The position numbers and the translations under genes were made by a program. Shown piece by piece: positions 19,871 to 28,350 of a stretch of DNA of 64,000 bases. Origin of the DNA: Shimia sp. (lineage in GTDB: Bacteria; Pseudomonadota; Alphaproteobacteria; Rhodobacterales; Rhodobacteraceae); assembly GCF_039969785.1 (NCBI RefSeq), contig NZ_JBDVNC010000003.1, positions 513 through 64,512 of the forward strand, in the 5' to 3' direction. The notes under the pieces were generated by a model. The model did no database searches, had not been told where the DNA came from, and saw nothing but the letters and a program-made list of their open reading frames with translations. Positions within the stretch are counted from its first letter, which is position 1. Each line of letters starts with the position of its first letter.

Positions 19871-22800
19871 ATGAACGCCTTATTGCGCCGTAATATCGCC
19901 CCATCATTTTCGTTCAGGATCGATTGTCCCGAGCAAACCGCCCAGCTTGCCTTGCGTGGGGAAGCGTTCGATTTCGAGCTGACCTTTTTCAAACAACATC
20001 TACGCTTTAGCCTGGGCGAGACACACGCGGCGCATGATCGCCAGTTTGAAGTCGGATTGGTGCCGGCGGCGTCATACGAAGAGTATCACCTGTCCTTTGA
20101 GCGCAACGTGGCCGGCGTGGCGCTTCTGGTGCTGAGACGACACAATACGCTTTTGTTTTCGCTGGAATGTTCCTTTGGGTTCGATCGCAGTTTTACGCTT
20201 GAAACCAACAATGTGACATTGACGTGGATGCAGCGGCGCGAGAACGTATTCTCTGGGTTGGTCTCTGCGCCGGACAATCGCAACAACCTGGTTCTGGTCC
20301 ATGCCGCAGAGGGATATAGACGCAGTATTTGCGGGGCGCTGGAAGAAAACATGCCCTATACCACACATGTGCGCATTCTGGTGGAGACGGATGAAGACGA
20401 AGATGCGTTACAGGGCCCGACTATCCCACGAGACGGGCTCATTGAGCACATCCGGACCCGTTTCGGCAGCGCCATCGCCAATGTCTCGTTGGTGGCGATC
20501 ACCAATCCCGAAAGCATGGACCCTGACGAGATTGCCTCAGTCATCAACCAATGTGCGGTGAGTACAACTCAGATGTTCCTGGGTGGGGTGGTTCAGAAGA
20601 TGCCCGTCGAGGAGCTCTCTGGGCTGAGTGACACATCGGTCCCGCAACTGGTAAGCAATCATACTACACAGCCGGTGATCGCCTTTGCCGCAGACAGCTG
20701 GAGCGAGACCGTGCCGGAAAACCTGCGCGGCGGGTTTCAGCGCTATGTGCCCGAAACGCTCAAGACGATCCGCCCCGGGATGAGTGCGCGTGCCGCCTTG
20801 CCCCGTTACCGGATCGATAGTGCCCTGTGGGCGGTCAACCGGTTTTGGTTCTTGGACAAATGGATCGCCCCTGCCGAGGGATCCTTCAACATATCCTGGG
20901 TTCTGCAAACGGTGTTTGCCCGGAACGGAGCGCATCCCTCGGACGTGCTCAACCTGCTACGCTCAACCTGTGAGAGGTGCAAGGCCGAAAACATCCGGGT
21001 CCTTGGGTGCCAGCTGATCGGGGCGGAAAAACCGACCTATCTGCTGATAGATGTAACCCTGATGGAGCTGGCCTGTGATGCCAGCTATGCGCGCAGCCGC
21101 CGCCCACTGGAAACCTATTTAGCTGCAATCGACTACAAGGCATGTGTGACTCAGACAATTGAGACCGACACCATGCAGATCACTCTGCTACACATGAAAA
21201 GGGAGCATGGGAGTACAGAGGACGCGGCACTTGCAGAGCTTCTGGAGGCGACACGTGAAGCACTTGAGGCCAGCACCGAGAACAGTGTGGTTTCCCAACC
21301 TGCGGAAAGCTATCTCACAGCCGTGCATGATGCAGTATCTGTTGCCTCCCTGATCAACGCTGTTGCGACGGATCAGGCCAGCGACGTGGCCCCTGAAACC
21401 TTGTTGCGGTTCCTGAAAACACACCCGCAATTGACAGTGTTATTGCTGCGGCATGTGTTGATGCTTGCACCGCCCAGCAAGATCAGCGGATACATGGCCG
21501 CGTTTGGATCGTCGGAACTCAATCTGAGTGAAGAAGATGAAAAAGACCTTCTGAAACTGTTGATCGAAACCCGGTTGTTCCCGGTGTCGGACGAGAAACT
21601 GTGGACCAACCTGCCCGAGCAGCCTTATGGTGATCGTCGCTGGGCGGCGTTGCAATTACTGGAACAGCTGCCCACCGCAGATTACAAGGCGCGGGCCCCC
21701 GGTGTGCTGAAACAGCTTGACCTCGCCGAAGAAGATCTGACCTTCAACCAGGTGCTGGCGCTTCTCAAGGAAGGCAATCTGGAACTGGCCGTGGCGCGGG
21801 GTTGCGAGGCGGTTCTGCGGGGCAAGCTGCGCCCCGAGAATGAACGCGATATGTTGGCGATTGCTTTGCTGGCCGAGGACTTTAACACTGCTAAGGCCAT
21901 CGAGGACGCGCTGGCCGAGCCACTTTCGGAGCTGGACATTGCTTATCGCGATGGGGTTGTGGCTGCACGCAAAGGCAAGTTTTCGACCAAGAAGCGCCAG
22001 CGCTGTACCAAAGACATTCTGGCGCTGGACGAGGAATTCGTCGATCTGCGCATACGCGGGCGTAAATACGAAACCATCGCGGAATTTGCTTCCGAGCCTG
22101 ATCCCGAGCGGGACGTGATCTGTGTGATCACAGCCAAAAACGAGGAATCCCGCCTGCGCGAAACTCTGGCTCATCACCATGCCATCGGGCTGCGCCACTT
22201 TATCCTGATCGATAACATGTCCAGCGATGGGACGCTGGACATCGCGCGCGACTATGGCGCCAAGATCATCCAGACTGCTGAATCTTACAAGGAAAGCCGT
22301 TATGGCATGGCTTGGGTGAACGATGTGCTGGACGCGTATTGCACGGGGTTCTGGTCCCTCGTGGTGGATGCGGACGAGATGTTTATCTTCCCCGAGGCGG
22401 AAACCCGCTCGATCCAGGACTTCACCGCCATGCTGGACGCAGAAGGCTACGATGCCTTTGGCTGTGCCTTACTCGATATGTACCCGGAGGCGCCGATCAG
22501 CAGCTTCAAGGACGTGCCGCGCGGGGAACTGAGATCACTCTATCGCTATTTCGACGGCCAGAACGCTGCCTTCTGGCCACGCTTGCGCAGTCCGCTTCTA
22601 GGGCTGTCGGGCGGGGTGCGTGACCGTGCATTCCGCATGGGACGCTTTGCCCACCTGGCCCCGATCGCGCAGACCAAAACACCACTTGTGAAATGGGCGG
22701 CGGGAATGAAATACCTCACCTCGACCCATGACATCACACCGGTGCGCTCGCCGGTCTTCTTCGGGGCGCTGGAGCATTACAAGTACACGCCCGACTTTGT

Positions 22801-22993
22801 GGAGCGCGCCAAGCGCGAGGTGATCCGCAAGGAACATTGGGGCGGGGGATCGGAATATACAGCCTATGCCACGGTGCTTGAGGCGGACCCCGACATGTCC
22901 TTTATCGACGCGCGCTTCAGCCACGAACGTGAAAAATCCACCCAACTGATCCAGACGGTTTGCCCGTTCCCCTGGCCCGAGGAGATGTTGTAG
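19871..22993 (+). CDS. Large multidomain protein with a C-terminal GT2 (Glyco_tranf_2_4-like) domain
   Basis: Last ~300 aa: CVITAKNEESRLRETLAHHHAIGLRHFILIDNMSSDGT, LVVDADEM, TKTPLVKW, LEHYKY. The N-terminal ~740 aa are unrecognised. Confidence 0.8.
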   Translation: MNALLRRNIAPSFSFRIDCPEQTAQLALRGEAFDFELTFFKQHLRFSLGETHAAHDRQFEVGLVPAASYEEYHLSFERNVAGVALLVLRRHNTLLFSLECSFGFDRSFTLETNNVTLTWMQRRENVFSGLVSAPDNRNNLVLVHAAEGYRRSICGALEENMPYTTHVRILVETDEDEDALQGPTIPRDGLIEHIRTRFGSAIANVSLVAITNPESMDPDEIASVINQCAVSTTQMFLGGVVQKMPVEELSGLSDTSVPQLVSNHTTQPVIAFAADSWSETVPENLRGGFQRYVPETLKTIRPGMSARAALPRYRIDSALWAVNRFWFLDKWIAPAEGSFNISWVLQTVFARNGAHPSDVLNLLRSTCERCKAENIRVLGCQLIGAEKPTYLLIDVTLMELACDASYARSRRPLETYLAAIDYKACVTQTIETDTMQITLLHMKREHGSTEDAALAELLEATREALEASTENSVVSQPAESYLTAVHDAVSVASLINAVATDQASDVAPETLLRFLKTHPQLTVLLLRHVLMLAPPSKISGYMAAFGSSELNLSEEDEKDLLKLLIETRLFPVSDEKLWTNLPEQPYGDRRWAALQLLEQLPTADYKARAPGVLKQLDLAEEDLTFNQVLALLKEGNLELAVARGCEAVLRGKLRPENERDMLAIALLAEDFNTAKAIEDALAEPLSELDIAYRDGVVAARKGKFSTKKRQRCTKDILALDEEFVDLRIRGRKYETIAEFASEPDPERDVICVITAKNEESRLRETLAHHHAIGLRHFILIDNMSSDGTLDIARDYGAKIIQTAESYKESRYGMAWVNDVLDAYCTGFWSLVVDADEMFIFPEAETRSIQDFTAMLDAEGYDAFGCALLDMYPEAPISSFKDVPRGELRSLYRYFDGQNAAFWPRLRSPLLGLSGGVRDRAFRMGRFAHLAPIAQTKTPLVKWAAGMKYLTSTHDITPVRSPVFFGALEHYKYTPDFVERAKREVIRKEHWGGGSEYTAYATVLEADPDMSFIDARFSHEREKSTQLIQTVCPFPWPEEML

Positions 22994-23040
22994 GCGGCAG
23001 ACAGAAAGGGATCTGATGCCGGAGGGGGCAGAATTCTACG

Positions 23041-23315
23041 TTAAGGAATGATTTGACGCTCTGTTCGTTGCAACGTTCTGTGGACGGTTGGTCTTGAGAG
23101 CGCGAAGGGTTTAACCAGAGCGTTGATGGAATGGTCACCAGTGGCATGTAGGCGTGCCCGTTCTGTTGTTTTCAAGAGCGTTTTGGCTGTTTTTCGGTGG
23201 AGTTTCCCTTCTGCTCGAACGATCGCCATTCCCTTCCTTGTGCGCATTCTGATCAGATCGGCCTCGAATCCGGCGAAGGTGGCCCAGATAGCGGCGTAAA
23301 AAGATGCCTTGCCAA
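23041..23315 (-). pseudogene. Serine recombinase (resolvase/invertase) C-terminal relic
   Basis: ATFAGFEADLIRMRTRKGMAIVRAEGK...SINALVKPFALSRPTVHRTL corresponds to helix E plus the HTH. Confidence 0.75.
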
Positions 23316-23384
23316 GAGCCTGCTACACGTTGGCATTCCCAGGATAGTGACATTAAAAAATTCTCAACGGTGTCTCAAAATGCT

Positions 23385-23936
23385 TTAATGTAAATCCAGA
23401 CGGAAATCGGACAGGGTCACCGTGGTTGCATCCGTGTTGTTGAAATACAGCGCCACAACAAAACGGTCGTTTTCGATCTCGTCCATCGGCAGGGCGTTGA
23501 AGGCCAATTCGGTGGTGATAATCTTGTATTGCTGGCCGATCTTGTATTCGTGGAAGGTAAAGCAATCAAATCCACGCCCCCGATCCAAAAGCCCGCCATA
23601 ACCTACGGCCAGCTTGGTTTTGCGTCCGGCCCGCGCCGAAACAACAAAACTGGCAGCTTCATGGTCTTTGAGCGCTTCGAGGGGCAGGTGCATTTCAAGA
23701 GCCATCCACTCGAAGGATTTCTGCAGGATGTCGACTTCGAGCCCATAGCCCAGTTCCGGCTCAAACAGCGCTTCGGCATTCACAGTCTGACGAAAGACAA
23801 CCTGATCCTCCAGCGGAATGTGGCAGTTGTTCAGAAAGATCTCTCCCGACGGACCAATCAGCTCAAAATCAGAACAGTCGGACACACTGTTGAGCACATT
23901 GAAAGCTATTGGACGAAACCGGATCGCAGGTGACAT
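23385..23936 (-). CDS. Hypothetical protein, possible beta-sandwich
   Basis: 183-aa ATG-started ORF with alternating hydrophobic strands (EWMALEMHL, FVVSARA, VALYF, VTLSDFRL). Confidence 0.6.
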   Translation of the reverse strand: MSPAIRFRPIAFNVLNSVSDCSDFELIGPSGEIFLNNCHIPLEDQVVFRQTVNAEALFEPELGYGLEVDILQKSFEWMALEMHLPLEALKDHEAASFVVSARAGRKTKLAVGYGGLLDRGRGFDCFTFHEYKIGQQYKIITTELAFNALPMDEIENDRFVVALYFNNTDATTVTLSDFRLDLH

Positions 23937-24360
23937 ATTAAGAAAATCCTCAAAATTGAAGCGGTTTGAACGTGCATCAAAGCCAGTGAGATGCGCAAGC
24001 CTTACTTAGAGGGCGTGTCGTTTTTTTGTCATCTGTGCCATAGGATAAATGAGCAGTGCGGCGCGATGTCGCGTAGGAGAGTTCCCGGGGTGTTGGGGGA
24101 TGATGTATATCATAGGGTTTCGCCATTTATTTAACATAATATATATTATAAGAGATGTATTTGTGTAGCCGCAAAGCTAAGATGCCGCCCCCTGACACCC
24201 TGTCAAAAGGCAATCTCGGGCCTGCGCCTCAAAGCCGCATTTGGGAAATAGGTCTTTTATTCAGCACACCACCCGTTGCCCTGCCCCTGCAGGATCAGTA
24301 AGAGAAAAGCATCATCGCCCGTATTCCTTTGTTTATTCAGAAACTGCAGAGACAAAACCA

Positions 24361-25392
24361 TTGAAACTCATCTGTCACATTGGGACCCCAAAGACCGCCT
24401 CAACATTTCTGCAAAATACATGCGCTGCCAACCTCGATTGGCTTCGGAACCGTGGTGTGATCTATCCTGATCTGCTGTCCCCGGATGCAAACCACATTAC
24501 CCTGTTTTATGCGAATGCCATGCACCTGCACGATTTCGTTGTTGATTACGGCCTCACGTCACTAGACGACATTACGCGCTTTCGCGACCAGCTTTCGAAT
24601 GTAATAGCAAAGCAAGTGCGCAATGCTCCGAAAGGCGCGCATACGATGCTGATGTCGTCTGAAAACCTGACGGGCAATCTCGTGTCCCCGGTCGGCGTGA
24701 CCAGGCTGCAGGAGCTTCTGGCCCCGCATTTTGATGAAATTGAAATTCTAGTCTATGTGCGCCGCCAGGACGACGCAATCCTCAGCATGTATGGTGAATT
24801 CATGCGCCGCGGCTTTAGCGGTCGCCCGTTCGAGCTTTATCTCAACAAGGCGCTAGGCCCTCAAAGCCAAACCCCATATCTCTATTACCGCCGCACGCTT
24901 ACAAAGTGGATCGATGCCTTTGGACGAGATGCCATCACCGTGCGCAAATTTGATCGCAGCAACCTGATCGGGGGCGATATCCTGACCGACTTCATGACAC
25001 AGGTTCTTGGGCTCGACGAGGCTCCCGACCTCTCTGGCCTAGTGCGCTCGGAAGATGACAATGTCGGCCTCTCTGCACCGGTCATGGAGTTTCTGCGCCA
25101 AATGTATCCGACTTTTTCCAGTCGTAAGGATGACGAATACAACCCGTTGCGCGACTTTGTCGAACCGATCATAGCGACCTTGCCTTCAAGTCCACGTCCC
25201 CGCATGTCCTCTGCGCAATCCCAGCGCATCATGACCACGTTCAATCCCGCCAATACCTGGCTCAAGGAGACCTTTTTCCCTGAAGTTGAAGAACCGCTCT
25301 TTCCACCGCGGGACGAAACCGACGCATTCGGCAACCTTGGCCACATAACTTTGGAAGAATTTGCTGAACTGGCCGGGAAGTTTATCCGATGA
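24361..25392 (+). CDS. Sulfotransferase-fold protein
   Basis: TTG start chosen; LICHIGTPKTASTFLQ, LMSSENL, VYVRRQDDAILSMY, FDRSNLIGGDILTDF, NVGLS. Confidence 0.78.
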   Translation: MKLICHIGTPKTASTFLQNTCAANLDWLRNRGVIYPDLLSPDANHITLFYANAMHLHDFVVDYGLTSLDDITRFRDQLSNVIAKQVRNAPKGAHTMLMSSENLTGNLVSPVGVTRLQELLAPHFDEIEILVYVRRQDDAILSMYGEFMRRGFSGRPFELYLNKALGPQSQTPYLYYRRTLTKWIDAFGRDAITVRKFDRSNLIGGDILTDFMTQVLGLDEAPDLSGLVRSEDDNVGLSAPVMEFLRQMYPTFSSRKDDEYNPLRDFVEPIIATLPSSPRPRMSSAQSQRIMTTFNPANTWLKETFFPEVEEPLFPPRDETDAFGNLGHITLEEFAELAGKFIR

Positions 25393-26402
25393 AACAAACT
25401 TTGTGGATCCACCCGGGTATCCAGCGAACGGCCACCACGTCCATCCAGGAATTCTTCTTCGAAAATTTCCAGGTCCTGCAGTCACGGGGCATTCTCTATC
25501 CATTCAAAAGCCGACGACATTTCACGTTCATGAACCGCCTTCTGGACGGGAAGCTGGATGTCGATGCTGCTGCACGGGACCTGATCCGGCGGGCCAACGA
25601 GAAGCCCGATCCGATCCACACGATTGTTCTGAGCGATGAATCCGTATCGTTACGTCGCACCCGGGACCTAGCCCGGCTGGCGCGGTTGCGGGATCATTTC
25701 GACGTCAAGATCATGGTGCTCCTTCGTCGCCAGGACCTGTGGCTGGAAAGTTGGTATTTCCAGAACGTCAAATGGCAATGGAACCCCGCGCTCAGCCATT
25801 GCACACTGGACGAGTTTCTCGCGCAAAGGCACAGCTTTCACTGGCTTCACTACGACAAATACATCAAGCGGTTCGAAAAACTGTTCGGGACCGAAAACGT
25901 CGAAGTGGCCGTGTTTGAACGCGACCAGATGCCCGGTGGACCAGTGCAAAGCTTCTGCAGGCAGATCGGGTTGCTCAACCTCGAGGGGCTGATCGAACCC
26001 AAACATACCAATGCCAGCCTTAGCCCAGCCATGTCCGAACTGATCCGCCAATTGCCCGTGGACGAGGGGCTGGGCGATGAAACACGCCATATCCTGACCA
26101 AAGTCATCCAAACTGTCGATAACACTCTGCCCGAAGCCTTGTCAGGGGGTGGCAAACTGATCCTGCCCCATGACACCAGGCGCGAGATCATGAATGAATA
26201 TGCGCACGGCAATCAGACCCTCGCTCAACAGCGGTTCGGGCGTGACGAACTGTTCCATGATCCGTTACCCAATGAAACTACGCCAATTGCAAAATTAGCG
26301 CTGCCCGAAGACGGCGTCACCTTGATGCAGCATTTTTTCGTGCCCATCCTGAGCGATCTCATCCGCTCTGGCGCCATCCAAAGACCCGGAAAAAAAGGAT
26401 AA
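25389..26402 (+). CDS. Sulfotransferase-fold protein
   Basis: ATGA-coupled to the previous gene; IHPGIQRTATTSIQ, VLSDESVS, LLRRQDLWLESWY, NASLS. Confidence 0.78.
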   Translation: MKQTLWIHPGIQRTATTSIQEFFFENFQVLQSRGILYPFKSRRHFTFMNRLLDGKLDVDAAARDLIRRANEKPDPIHTIVLSDESVSLRRTRDLARLARLRDHFDVKIMVLLRRQDLWLESWYFQNVKWQWNPALSHCTLDEFLAQRHSFHWLHYDKYIKRFEKLFGTENVEVAVFERDQMPGGPVQSFCRQIGLLNLEGLIEPKHTNASLSPAMSELIRQLPVDEGLGDETRHILTKVIQTVDNTLPEALSGGGKLILPHDTRREIMNEYAHGNQTLAQQRFGRDELFHDPLPNETTPIAKLALPEDGVTLMQHFFVPILSDLIRSGAIQRPGKKG

Positions 26403-26407
26403 AAGAC

Positions 26408-28219
26408 ATGGCTGACAGCTTAGACACTGGCACCCCTGCCCTGACAACGCTGCAAAGCCTGATCTGGCCCGAACAAGGGGTTTGCACGGAGCGCGACCTG
26501 TATGTGCGCCTGCATGGCGCAGCCGGGCTCTCGGAAAAGAAGGGGTTTGTGCATTTCACCCTCAATAGCCATGCCGAGTTCAACACCTGGTTCAACCTGT
26601 TCAACATCGGCAAGTGGAACCGGGACTGCGCGCTGTCTGATCTGCGTCTAACACTGGAGGGTACGGGCAAGTTCGAAGTTTCGGCTTTTTTAGCCATTCC
26701 CGATCGCTCATGGGAGAGGTTGGCCAACGAGGTGGTGAGCCTTGGTGAAGACAAACCGGCGACCCTGAATCTCAGCCATGTGTTCGACCTGCCTTTGGAT
26801 GAGGGCGTGATCTATTTTGAGATGAAAGCGATGGGGCATGGCAAGCTAACCGGTGCGCATTGGCAGACGGCCGATGCGCCGCGACGTATCCCGGAACTGA
26901 TGCTGTCGATCACCACTTTCCGGCGTGAAGCCGCAGTACAGCGCACAGCGCGACGTTTTGAAAAATGGATAGGCACCTGCAGCGCGCAGGACCATATCCG
27001 CATGACTGTGGTGGATAACGGGCAAAGCGTACAGATTCCCGACAGCGACAACATCGTAGTTGTGCCCAATGAGAACCTCGGCGGGGCTGGTGGATTTGCC
27101 CGAGGCCTACTGGCAGCACGCGATACCGGGGCGAGTCACTGCCTGTTCATGGATGACGATGCATCTGTCCACATGGAGAGCATCGAGCGCTCTTATTGGT
27201 TCCTGGCCTATGCGAGCGATCCCAAGACGGCCGTGGCGGGTGCCATGATCAACGCCTCTCACCGTTGGGCTATCTGGGAAAACGGCGCGATCTTCAACAC
27301 GCGTTGTGTGCCGCTTCATATGGGGGTGGATCTGCGCGATTCCAGCCAGAGTTTTGGAATGGAATACGCCACAACCGGCCCGGCCCCTGACAATTTCTAT
27401 GGGGGATGGTGGTATTTCGCGTTCCCGGTGAACGCCGTTGAGCACATGCCATTTCCCTTCTTTGTGCGTGGAGATGATGTCAGCTTCTCGCTGGCGCATG
27501 ATTTCAACATCGTGACCCTCAACGGAGTGGTTTCGTTTCAGGACAGTTTCACAGACAAGGAATCGCCGCTGACCTGGTATCTCGACCTGCGCAGCCACCT
27601 GGCTCATCACCTGAGCCTGGACACGTTGCAGGTCGGCGCTGCCAAGACCCTCAAGATCGCGGCATGGTTCTTCCTGCGCAACCTGCCCCGCATGCATTAT
27701 GAGACAATCTCTGCCATCAACCTTGCGCTTGAAGACGTGATGAAAGGGCCGGCCTTTTTTGACGAAAACGCCGACATGGCCACGCGCCGGGGGGATATCA
27801 AGGCTTTGACACAAAGCGAAGTCTGGCAACCGGCACCGCCTGCCATACCGCCCAACAAGTGGCGTCTCAATCCGCAGAACCGCTGGATGCGGCTGCTCAT
27901 GAAAATCACGCTCAATGGGCATCTGCTGCCCTTCTTCCGTCTCTTTGGCAACAAGGTGGTGATTGAAGCCCAGGACCGGGGCCACTTGCGCTGGGTCTGG
28001 GGCTCATGCGAGCTGACATATCTCAGCGCCAACAAGCGCCAATGCTACACGGTGCGCCATTCCAAAACCCGCATGATCAAGGAAACCATCCGTTTCTGTG
28101 CGCTGTCTTTCCGATTCTTGACGCGGTATTCCCAAATTCAGGCCGAATGGACCGAAGGTTATGAAAACCTTACCTCGGATGGCTATTGGCGTAAGAAATT
28201 GCATGCGCCAGCCAAATGA
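26408..28219 (+). CDS. GT2 glycosyltransferase, GlfT2-like galactofuranosyltransferase
   Basis: NENLGGAGGFARG, FMDDDA, YGGWW, FFVRGDDVSF and YLDLR. Confidence 0.82.
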   Translation: MADSLDTGTPALTTLQSLIWPEQGVCTERDLYVRLHGAAGLSEKKGFVHFTLNSHAEFNTWFNLFNIGKWNRDCALSDLRLTLEGTGKFEVSAFLAIPDRSWERLANEVVSLGEDKPATLNLSHVFDLPLDEGVIYFEMKAMGHGKLTGAHWQTADAPRRIPELMLSITTFRREAAVQRTARRFEKWIGTCSAQDHIRMTVVDNGQSVQIPDSDNIVVVPNENLGGAGGFARGLLAARDTGASHCLFMDDDASVHMESIERSYWFLAYASDPKTAVAGAMINASHRWAIWENGAIFNTRCVPLHMGVDLRDSSQSFGMEYATTGPAPDNFYGGWWYFAFPVNAVEHMPFPFFVRGDDVSFSLAHDFNIVTLNGVVSFQDSFTDKESPLTWYLDLRSHLAHHLSLDTLQVGAAKTLKIAAWFFLRNLPRMHYETISAINLALEDVMKGPAFFDENADMATRRGDIKALTQSEVWQPAPPAIPPNKWRLNPQNRWMRLLMKITLNGHLLPFFRLFGNKVVIEAQDRGHLRWVWGSCELTYLSANKRQCYTVRHSKTRMIKETIRFCALSFRFLTRYSQIQAEWTEGYENLTSDGYWRKKLHAPAK

Positions 28220-28350
28220 ATGATCACTTTTTTCGAAAAGTATTGCTTGGTGAATTTCTTCGTCGTTAGGTTGTGCATAACCTCGAACCTTGTGCAACCT
28301 GTCAAACGGTGGCCTGACGACCCCAAAATCCTATTCTGGAGACCATCCAA

